Assembly: GCA_039919825.1 (NCBI GenBank)
Contig: JBDSEW010000353.1
Coordinates: 1-38,556, forward strand
DNA length: 38,556 nucleotides
From: Chitinophagales bacterium
Lineage (GTDB): Bacteria > Bacteroidota > Bacteroidia > Chitinophagales > UBA10324
Direction: 5' to 3'
Part shown: positions 19,285-28,300 of the stretch, piece by piece
Numbering within the stretch: position 1 is the stretch's first letter
How the letters are laid out: each line of letters begins with the position of its first letter
Position numbers and translations under genes: made by a program
The notes under the pieces: generated by a model
What the model was told of the DNA's origin: nothing
Databases searched by the model: none
What the model saw: only the letters and a program-made list of their open reading frames with translations

Positions 19285-19806
19285 TCAAGAAAGCAAAAGA
19301 TTCCGGTCATTCTTCATCGCGCGCATCATCTCGGAAAAACTTTGCTTCCTCACAAAAGCATTGATGGCATGTGCTATACGTTTGGCTTTGGTAGGTTCTG
19401 TTTTTGCACTTTCAATCCAGTTTGAATAATAATTCTGGTGAGATTTAGGTAGTCCGTTGAAATAGTTAAGTGCTTCCGGCTCATCGGCAAGGCAACTCAT
19501 CAGCATTCGGGAAATCAATACAGGCTTCTCATCTGCTTCCATCTGCACTTTTATTTTTTCACCCTTTCTTTTGCCCAGTTTTTTGCGGATGGCTGCATTT
19601 AAGGGCAAAATAAAGTCACCATTTCCCATAGGTAACAAAGCAGTTTGTTTAATCACACATTGATCGAGTTTTCCTTTTACGCGGAATGATTTTTTGTTTC
19701 CTGGTTTTAGCCTGCCTGCCGCTTCAGCCGGAATTTCAATATAGGTCCAGCCGGTCTTTTCCCCTTGCTTATCAAACTTTAATATGAAGGCAGTAAATTG
19801 AATCAT
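19285..19806 (-). CDS. DUF1905 + YdeI/OmpD-associated family protein
   Basis: The N-terminal half is DUF1905-like (GWTYIEIP....SFRVKGKLD....ALLPMGNGDFILPLNAAIRKKLGK). The C-terminal half has the YdeI pattern (A..YF..L..S.Q..Y..WI.SAK...T...RI). The ATG at 19806 is preferred; the track start is TTG. Confidence 0.75.
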   Translation of the reverse strand: MIQFTAFILKFDKQGEKTGWTYIEIPAEAAGRLKPGNKKSFRVKGKLDQCVIKQTALLPMGNGDFILPLNAAIRKKLGKRKGEKIKVQMEADEKPVLISRMLMSCLADEPEALNYFNGLPKSHQNYYSNWIESAKTEPTKAKRIAHAINAFVRKQSFSEMMRAMKNDRNLLLS

Positions 19807-19943
19807 AACAAAATGGAACAGCAAAAATTACACTTGTACACGATGAACGTAAATCGAATATAAAAACATTCGATTAATTATTTTGCTTTGGAGAAATGGA
19901 ATTGCATTTTTCTAATCTCCTTTATGGCACTACCAATCGAACA

Positions 19944-21146
19944 TCACGGTTTAAAAACCAGGGTTCTCGAAAATAAGAGCCCTTTGGTTTTACATTGAAT
20001 AACATAGCTGCCACTTGTGAATGTGCTGATGTTTATTGGCAGGCAATTTTTACCTCTTGGTAAAACCGGTGTTTTGATACGAATTAATTCTCTTCCATCA
20101 AGGTCATTCATATATATCTCCAATGATGAAGCAGTTGCCAATTCAAATGTAATCAAGAGATGATCTGTTGAAGGATTTGGATAGACAGAAAGAGATTGTG
20201 TAAAAATTTGCTGTTCTGTAAGGGCTGTTAAACCACCACCATCATCCGTATGATAAATTTTGCCGGTTTGTCCCGCTGCCCACCCTTGTACATTATCTGC
20301 AAAGTACACGTCGTAAAGATCATTGGTAAAAGAAATGGGCTGATTCACCCATGCTTCACCACCATCAACCGTACGAAGAATTTTTGCAGTACCAACGGCG
20401 GTGCCGATTTGGGATGTTGTAAAATGAATGGCAAACAAATCATTGGTGCTTCCGCTGTTTTGCGGCGACCAAACTTGTCCACCATCTGTTGTTTTTAATA
20501 TCGTTCCGTCATAACCGGCAACATAACCGATATCGGTATTAACAAATGAAACACTTCTTAGATCAGCATTGGAACCACTTGTTTGCAATAACCATTCTAT
20601 ACCTCCATTTGTGGATTTAAGAATAGTTCCGTCAAATCCAACTGCATAGGCGATCAAACTAGTAACCATTTCCACACTGCTTAATTCCACTAAAACTCCA
20701 CTCTCCTGCAGATTCCAATTGTTTCCGCTATTCGTTGTTGTAGTGATCACTCCATTTTGACCTGTCGCCATTCCATGTTGTGCATCAAAAAAATGAACAT
20801 GCACCAGGTGTTCGGTTGTAGTGCTGTTCTGGTTGAACCAATTTTCTCCACCATTTTCTGTTCTTAAAATCAATCCTGATTCTCCAACAATGGCACCGTG
20901 AAGCGAATCTGGAAAATACACATCACGCAAAAATAAACCGGTACCCGAGGATTCATTATTCCACGATTCACCCCCTGTAATAGTATGCTTAATGGTGCCT
21001 GTAGTACCAACAGTAAAACCATTCATCGTGCTGGTGAATGAAACACCCAACAATGTTTCAGTTGTTCCGCTTAGCTGGCTAGTCCATTGGGCTGATGCAT
21101 TTAAACCGGGCAACAGAATTAATAGGAGCACGGAAAAGTTTTTCAT
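19944..21146 (-). CDS. Ycf48/BNR-like beta-propeller protein with T9SS C-terminal sorting domain
   Basis: Signal peptide MKNFSVLLLILLPGLNASAQ. Repeated (T/S).(D/N)GG..W motifs are present (TGGESW, ENGGENW, TNGGIEW, TDGGQVW, VDGGEAW). The C-terminus is SVYPNPSTDHLLI....GSYVIQC. Confidence 0.8.
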   Translation of the reverse strand: MKNFSVLLLILLPGLNASAQWTSQLSGTTETLLGVSFTSTMNGFTVGTTGTIKHTITGGESWNNESSGTGLFLRDVYFPDSLHGAIVGESGLILRTENGGENWFNQNSTTTEHLVHVHFFDAQHGMATGQNGVITTTTNSGNNWNLQESGVLVELSSVEMVTSLIAYAVGFDGTILKSTNGGIEWLLQTSGSNADLRSVSFVNTDIGYVAGYDGTILKTTDGGQVWSPQNSGSTNDLFAIHFTTSQIGTAVGTAKILRTVDGGEAWVNQPISFTNDLYDVYFADNVQGWAAGQTGKIYHTDDGGGLTALTEQQIFTQSLSVYPNPSTDHLLITFELATASSLEIYMNDLDGRELIRIKTPVLPRGKNCLPINISTFTSGSYVIQCKTKGLLFSRTLVFKP

Positions 21147-21639
21147 AAGCGGTTGATTGATGAGCAGCATTTCTTTTAAGATATTTCCGAAAATCCAGAA
21201 TTTCGTAGTATTGATTTTAACAGGTCTTTAAAAGAGTGCTTAGCTGCAACTTATTCTTTTATTCAGTTGGAATGTTATTAAATAGACGAACGCAAGGAAT
21301 TATCGACCAACGATATGAAGGTGGATATGTAATTGCAAAAAAAGAAGGAGTCATGTAATTGCTTATTTAATCAGGTCGAATTTTTCAAGCAGCCATTCAC
21401 GATCGAATAATTCGTTGCTAGATTGCATTTCGTTTTTTAATTTGTTTCCTTCAGTCTTCGAAATGTTTTTCAGCGAAAACATTTTTTCACTGAACTTGAT
21501 AAAATGCTGATAGTTGGTACGATGATTTACCGATACACTGTATAAATCAAAAGTTAACTTTAAAGAATAAGTCTTTCAATACTCCTAAAGAAGGATTTTT
21601 ATAAATCTGGCCTGACAAACCTGGTTTCTGATCAGTTAT

Positions 21640-22437
21640 TTAGTCTTTGGATGCAATAAATATATAATCGTCGCACAATCCATAGGTGGCATATTCTTCG
21701 CGGGAAAAATTTTCGGCATACTTTATTGCCGACACATTAAAACCAATCGTTGTCAAACGCTGAACTATATCAAGGCTGTAAAATCGTACATGATCCCATT
21801 GACCAAAATGCCGTGTTCTCTGATCAGGGGTTTTGATATTCCAATCCTCATAGGTATCTTTTCTCCCGAGGTCAATTGGTACCATAATAAGTGCCTTCCC
21901 CCCTTTTTTGAGTACCCTGTACATTTCAGTCATTGCCTTTAAGTCATCTGGAATGTGTTCTAAAATATGGTTGCAGATGATGCAATCAAAACTTTCATCA
22001 GGCATTGTTAAGCTTGTCAGGTCAAGTTGAATTACCCCTTTTTGAACTCCATAACCCTCTTCAAATTTATCTCCCGGGTAATAATTAATGTTATCTATTG
22101 CCTGCAGGCGCTGAAACAAACAGTATTCAGGAGCGATATGCAGAAGGTCAGTCTTCCTGTTAAGGAAATCAGTTTTCTGTTTCAGATAGAGCCATTCCAG
22201 CCTGTGGCGGGATTTAGCTCCCCAAACCGGGCTAATATTGTCATTTTTTATACGTATAAAAAAGTGAAAGGACCTCTCGGTTACAGGGCAATACACTTTT
22301 GATTGGGGTAATGTACCTGAAATAACATGTGTTATTACTTTTATGAAATACTTTCTTCTCCAGTTTACTTTTCGGAAAAAAATTCTGAGAGTATAAGGAA
22401 TTATTTTCTTTGATAGGTTTAGAATACTTCTTTTCAT
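21640..22437 (-). CDS. class I SAM-dependent methyltransferase
   Basis: Methyltransf_11-like core: LLHIAPE (motif I region), FDCIICNHILEHIPDD, and MYRVLKKGGKALIMVP. Confidence 0.75.
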   Translation of the reverse strand: MKRSILNLSKKIIPYTLRIFFRKVNWRRKYFIKVITHVISGTLPQSKVYCPVTERSFHFFIRIKNDNISPVWGAKSRHRLEWLYLKQKTDFLNRKTDLLHIAPEYCLFQRLQAIDNINYYPGDKFEEGYGVQKGVIQLDLTSLTMPDESFDCIICNHILEHIPDDLKAMTEMYRVLKKGGKALIMVPIDLGRKDTYEDWNIKTPDQRTRHFGQWDHVRFYSLDIVQRLTTIGFNVSAIKYAENFSREEYATYGLCDDYIFIASKD

Positions 22438-22843
22438 CGGTGAATATTTGGATTGTTCAAATATTGAATCCCACAGTATTTAATATTTAGAATTAAAAAC
22501 TTTAGGCACGCTGAAGTTACAGAGCGCAATATAAATACTTAATAAAGGAGAAGAAACATCCAGCAATCAGAACTTGAAAAGGAGCGTCGTTAAAGTCTCT
22601 ACTTTCTTCGACCCCAGTTTTGGCGAGGCCGATGCCTGGCAACAGCAAGCAATGCAGTTGCAGCATATATTTCAGCCGAGTCATTACTAACGGATGGTAA
22701 AAAAAATTAGTGGACCTGTTGTGCTACGAATAACACTTCATACTATTTGAGATCCTCTTGGACCAGCGAAGTCGTTATTTGATTCCCGATGTTTTACATT
22801 ACTGAAAAGCATAGATGCTGCTTATAGTATATTGTCTGAAGAA

Positions 22844-23098
22844 TCACTGAATAGAAATTTTCATTACATCTCTTCCTCTTTCACCATTCAACACTACCAG
22901 GTAAATTCCATTGAACAGGTTGTCCATATTAATAGTAGCGGCATATTCATTAATCGCTATTTCAATTATTTTTTGACCGAGAAGATTGAAGACGGTAACG
23001 ACATCCATCTTCAGGTTGCCAGACTGAATAACCAGCTCATTATTATTCATCACATACGAGATGGCTTGAGGCAAATATAAATTGCTTTTCAATTTCAA
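22844..23098 (-). pseudogene. orphan remnant of a T9SS (Por) C-terminal sorting domain
   Basis: ..LYLPQAISYVMNNNELVIQ....VTVFNLLGQKIIE........INMDNLFNGIYLVVLNGERG..VMKISIQ has the spacing and hydrophobic pattern of a T9SS CTD. There is no ATG (the track start is TTG), and a TGA lies 13 codons upstream, so no cargo domain is attached. Confidence 0.55.
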
Positions 23099-23400
23099 TG
23101 CAGGTAATCCGGTACAGGAAGGTAAATGTTTGTGTCATCAGTATTCAGTTTGATTTCCCGCATTCAATTTTTCGAAGTAAAGCAAAATTGGCCATGTAAA
23201 TCATTCAATCAACTTTTGCTTCAGGAGTTGCCAGGCGGATTGGTTTCCCAAAAGTTTTTCAGGTTTCTAGTACTTGGGAGTTTAATGCGCGAAGGATACG
23301 AGCAGTTAATTTTTCAAAAATGCAATTAGATATTACCCTCAATTTTTTTTAACAAAGTAATTGTACTTTGAACAATTGAAAAAGTGTGATCTGAAAAACT

Positions 23401-24060
23401 TCAAAAAGTGGATAAATCAATAGGATGGATAGAATTTATTTCTTCCCTCTCACTGAATAAAAAATGCTCATTTATTTTATAGTTAAATAAGATATCCTGA
23501 AAGAGTTCATAGTATACTTCTCTTTCCTTCGCGGGAATTTTTAGTGTTATATCGTAAATTATACCTTTTACTTCCGTATACATAGCCAAAGAAAGGAACA
23601 AAGAATCCCTAATATCTGTGGTAAACTCTCCATAGAAAGATTTCTTGTTTTCAAAAACCAATTCCCTGAGTGAATACTCCTTAAATATTTCATTGGTATC
23701 ATCTTTAAGCTGTATATACGCCTCTCTAAGATAATTGTCAAGTGTAATGTTGTTTAGCTCTTCATCATGCCTAAGAACCACAAAAAAAGTGTTGGTATCT
23801 GAATCATTAAGTTGAGTAAAAAACAAAAAATTATTTTGTTTTTCCGGTTCCCATAAAACAGGACAACAAATTCTATCATACTGAACTTCATAACAGTGCC
23901 AGTCCTTTGGATTAAGAGACTTCCCCTTTCTAATTTGGAGCTCATCTACTTTCAAATACTCCTTTTCAGTATTATTAATACTATTGGTATTAAAATTACA
24001 AGAAATCCATAAAGGGATTATTATCATAATGGGCAGCAATCTATAGCATTCTAATATCAT
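23401..24060 (-). CDS. hypothetical lipoprotein (219 aa); candidate orphan immunity protein
   Basis: The N-terminus ..LLPIMIIIPLWISC is a signal peptide with a lipobox-like I-S-C. The gene is A+T-rich and lies downstream of the Rhs toxin-immunity pair. I recognise no family motif. Confidence 0.55.
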   Translation of the reverse strand: MILECYRLLPIMIIIPLWISCNFNTNSINNTEKEYLKVDELQIRKGKSLNPKDWHCYEVQYDRICCPVLWEPEKQNNFLFFTQLNDSDTNTFFVVLRHDEELNNITLDNYLREAYIQLKDDTNEIFKEYSLRELVFENKKSFYGEFTTDIRDSLFLSLAMYTEVKGIIYDITLKIPAKEREVYYELFQDILFNYKINEHFLFSEREEINSIHPIDLSTF

Positions 24061-24216
24061 AATTTACCTTTTAACATTTGGCACAGTTGTTAATGGTACA
24101 ATAAAATTAGATTTAATAAAGTGTACGCTGTGTTGTTTATGCATAAATCGCCCACAAACCACATAAGATTTGATATACTCCAGCCGCCCTAAACATGAAA
24201 ATATTAATATTATTAT

Positions 24217-24624
24217 TCATCTATTTGGATTAGAACTATTCATTAAAATGTTATAGGAATTTTGTATATCAATCACCTCATTTTTGAACTTATCACTGTT
24301 ATATTTCTTAATGATTTCTGTGGGATTTGAATTAATTTTAACATTAACTCCCCCGGCCAATGGAAGATTATCTGTTTGCTCCCATTCATTGGTTGCAGGT
24401 TGAGTACCTAATAAACTTTCACCGTTTATAGAAACGTATCCCTTTGTCTATGCATAATCATTATTGTAAATCCCAGCTTCCATTTTTACTGAAGTGCCAT
24501 TCTTAAGTTCACCATCTAAGTAAACATTTGTACCACTTAATGAGACATCTACACCAGTCTTTAATTGTCCGATTTCTGCCGGAAGTTCTAAATTTTCGTT
24601 CGATATTGATAGTTGCCTGAACAT
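24217..24624 (-). pseudogene. disrupted ORF (58 codons, in-frame TAG, then 76 codons)
   Basis: The ATG at 24624 gives MFRQLSISNENLELPAEIGQLKTGVDVSLSGTNVYLDGELKNGTSVKMEAGIYNNDYA. A TAG follows at 24448-24450. The same frame then continues TKGYVSINGESLLGTQPATNEWEQTDNLPLAGGVNVKINSNPTEIIKKYNSDKFKNEVIDIQNSYNILMNSSNPNR to TGA at 24217-24219. Confidence 0.5.
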
Positions 24625-24907
24625 TATCTGAAATTGGTTTTAATACCTTGGAAATATCCATTTTTTGGGGAACTTCAGTTTTTTTGCCTTGATGTGCATT
24701 CTGATTTAGTTATAATTTTAATGGTGAGATACCTTCAATGCCACCTGATTAGTTGAAGTGTTTCACGCTTACACAATGAGTTGGAGTTTGTTGTTAGTCA
24801 AATAAAGTCCTCGCAAAATGGAAACTTCTCATTTCTGGAAATTATGAGATTTTTTCATAACCATCGTACCATTTATTAATACGGGACTCTTACCAAATGA
24901 CTTTTAC

Positions 24908-25327
24908 TTATTCGAGTGGTGGTAGATTAAAATATTTTAAGTACAATCTCAATTCCTTTGCTGATTTAAGTAACATTCTTTCCAATTCATCTTTGGGATG
25001 AAATTTAGCAAAGTATCTATTATTTGAACTCATTTCGCTTTTATCAGCCTTTGGCATAACAATAGCATTAAGTTGACTTAAATGCAGTGTCCTTGACTTA
25101 TCATCATAATCAGGCATTTCCCCATTTTGCAATTTAAAAACAATAATTTCTAAATGATCTTCTATGTTTTCATAAGAAATCGAAACTACTTTTCCTTCAC
25201 CCATGTATTCTACATCATAAAAAGCATTTCCATTAATAGTCTGTTTTATCTTCTTAAAATCATAGTTGGATTTAAGAAATGAAAAAAATGACTTTACAGT
25301 TTCAACATATTCTAACCCTTCTATCAT
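24908..25327 (-). CDS. candidate cognate immunity protein of the Rhs C-terminal toxin (139 aa, no signal peptide)
   Basis: Its ATG (25325-25327) overlaps the toxin TGA (25324-25326) as ATGA. It is small, acidic in places, A+T-rich, has no signal peptide or TM segment, and sits in the canonical immunity position. Confidence 0.7.
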   Translation of the reverse strand: MIEGLEYVETVKSFFSFLKSNYDFKKIKQTINGNAFYDVEYMGEGKVVSISYENIEDHLEIIVFKLQNGEMPDYDDKSRTLHLSQLNAIVMPKADKSEMSSNNRYFAKFHPKDELERMLLKSAKELRLYLKYFNLPPLE

Positions 25328-28300
25328 TGTTTTATAATTTGAAATGCATTCGGGTGAAGATTTAAATAGTTCTTAATCATATTTTGTTCCATTTGATAAA
25401 AAATACTTGGTGTTCCTCTTGTGGGATCCAGACCTATATCAATAATTGGTCGTCCGCTTCTCATTTGCCGTAAAATCCATTTACGATTATAAGCCATTAT
25501 CTTACCTGATATTTGTTGTTTTGTACCAATAAAAGTTGGCATATTTTCTAAAATTATTGAACCAGGATTTTGTATTGCTGCGACACTTACACGTTTCATT
25601 CCTTCTCCAATAATTGTTTGCCTCCCCTCTGTAATTGCAAGCTCTTTTGCTGTTGTGCTTATTCCTGCCTTTACTAAATTTCCTGTTCCAAATGTTGCTA
25701 CCGCGATCGCTACTTCCGTTATAATTCCATTCTCTTCAATCCGGTCTATTGAATTTTGTGGTCCCCACCTACTGCCAGGAACAACAATTTGTACTTCTGA
25801 GTTTTTAAGATGATCTTCTAATTCAGATATTCTTCCTCTTTCTCCGGGACTTATAATATCGAAAGTAGAAGTTACAGCACTAGTATTGAATTCTTTATCA
25901 TACTCGGTGAATCCATAATTAACCTTAAAAGTCTTATGTCCAATTTTTTCATAGTTGCCACCAAGTCGGTTTGCCTTTTCATGCGCTACTTTTCGTTCTT
26001 TAGAGTCAAGAAAGAACATGCCATTAGGATCGACTCCAATAATAGGATTATTCAATACGTAGCTATAAGCAGTCCATGATAAGTACGCCTCCGCCATCGG
26101 ATCCACCACCCACCACCTTCCCACCTGCGGGTCATACCACCTTGCTCCGTAATCCAGCCAGTTTAGATTCAAAGAACGATGCAACTCCTTACCATTATAA
26201 AGATAGTTGTTTGTATCTGAATTTTCCTGTTGCCAGCTGATGTCGGCAATCAGGTTTCCATAAGGGTAATAGTGGTTGAACTGTATAACGGGATTGATCT
26301 GTGTACCAAGTTTAAGAAAAAGGGTATCGAACCAAATGTCCTGCTCGCTTTCATTATGCAAAGAAACCCGAAGGATATATTGCTGTGTGCTGTCGGAAAC
26401 GTGAATACCAATGGAGTCAGTGATACGGCTCCAGTTATTGGCGGTATCTACATCTATGCGCCATTGATTGATTTCCTGATTAGCAGTATCACGCAATGAA
26501 AGTTCCAGGTAAGCGTCCGGTGAGCCGCTGGTAGAATCTGTCCGTAATGCATTGCCAGAATTATTTTTCTTTCGTGAGAACAATTCAAATAACCCAACAA
26601 TGTTCAACTGTAAACCAAAGGGTGGTTTATTTATGTAGTTGGCATCATCTGCAGGAATAGCTTTGTGCGGCAATGTTTGCATTTCAAAACTGAAAGAAGG
26701 TCGGAAAGGTGTATGTCCGTGGTCTTTTGGAGGTGCTTCCTTCTGAGGATTATTTTCTGAATAATAATAGTACACGGATACTTCCAGTGTATCTCCGGAT
26801 TTTACAGGTATCTCCGTATACGGACCCTCTGTATTAAATAATTTTCCGGAGGAATTGCCCTGCAACGCCACTTCATTGTTGCGGACTGTGCTTACGTTTT
26901 TGAATTTCGGAAATTTGTTTCCTTCCTCATCGGCATTTAGCTCAAAGGTCAGGTTGCTTTTTGTCCAGTTCAGCCCCTGGCCTTTAAATACTACTCTTAT
27001 GTTTCCTAAATGATCCTTGATGTAATAATAGGGCATCCAGAAATCAAGCGTATCCTTCAGCAGGTATCCGTCAGTAAAAAGAATTTTTTGTGGCTTACCC
27101 TCTTCGTGGATGATGTCGCCGAAGTAACCAGTAATATTCGTTTGCAAATTCTCCGTTGTTTCTTCTTGGAGCTTCGCACCATTTGCATTATAGGTTATCT
27201 TTAACTGGTCTGATGATTTCGCAATCAATGAAGGAAGATTCAAATGGTTATAGGAGATTGCAATAGCCTTATTGCCATCATTCACCAGATTTCCGTTCAC
27301 ATCATATCCATAATCGTTTTCACCAGGAGTATCCTTAAAATCAGGACTTTTGTCCCAAGTTACCAATGAACCGGCATCAGAGACCGCCTTCAATTGATTT
27401 CCTTTGTAACTGTAATTTAATTGATCACTTATTCCATAAGTGTACAATTGTGTTTGCTGATTGTAAGATATCGCACCATGTACATTCATTGTTTTTATGT
27501 TGCCATTATCGTCATACGATAAATTGTCAACGGTATATTGATCTGCTTCTGTAATTACCACACCTATTGCTGTACCATATCTTGCTTTCGTCAGTCGATT
27601 AAGCGGATCATAACTGTAACCATACACACGGGTATCAGGATCATGGTTGCTTTTCCATGCCATCCAGGAAATGTTGCCTGCAAATTGTGCAGCTGCGTCA
27701 AGCAATGGGTAACCGTCTGTATAGTGCAATTCCATTCCCCAGTAATCACCATTGTCTTTTACATTTTCAAGATTATTAATTGAAGTGACCCATCCACGGA
27801 TATTGTATTTATAATCCAGTGTCTGCATTGATTTTTGGATAGGCACTGTACCTGTTCCTATTGACTGGTTGTGCAACTTCTGTTTCAACAATTGACCCAG
27901 TTCATTGTAGGTTAAACTGGTTGTCCAGATTTCCGGCTGACCATCAACCTCCAGAAATGTATTTTTTACTCTACCTGCATGATCATACTCATTCCTGGTT
28001 TTTCTGGTGAGTTCTGTGCTGATGCCAAGGCCACCGCCCACGGGAGCAACGGTGTAATGGTGAATGCGCTCCTGCTGCAACAGCTCTCCTGAAAAACTGT
28101 ATGCAAACGTTTCACTCTCTGCTTCGTCTTCATAATTGTTACCCATTGTTTCAATCACCCTTCCTTTGTAGTCGTAGAAGGAAACACTCTTTTCAAATAC
28201 TGCTGGCATTGAATTCAATACTTTACTGAACTGGCCGGTAAGTTTGTTTCGTGATCGTGCTGTTTGAGAATTATTGGAAGTATAATCTGAAGTTCCGTTA

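Noticed and set aside
21363-21482. 39-aa minus-strand ORF (MFSLKNISKTEGNKLKNEMQSSNELFDREWLLEKFDLIK) in the 21.2-21.6 kb gap
   Set aside because: It is too short and has no motif. The frame is open about 20 codons further upstream without a start, so it could be a gene remnant, but nothing identifies it.
22832-23080. Plus-strand 82-aa ORF
   Set aside because: It is antisense to the T9SS-CTD-like remnant, and its product has no features. The minus-strand frame has the recognisable domain pattern.
25816-25968. Possible ADP-ribosyltransferase R / S-T-S / E-x-E triad in the toxin tip (NRLGG ... TST ... ELE)
   Set aside because: The residue order fits, but only about 14 residues separate TST from ELE. 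That is far too short to hold the ARTT loop and strands of known R-S-E ARTs, and there is no aromatic-R-G context. The match is probably chance.
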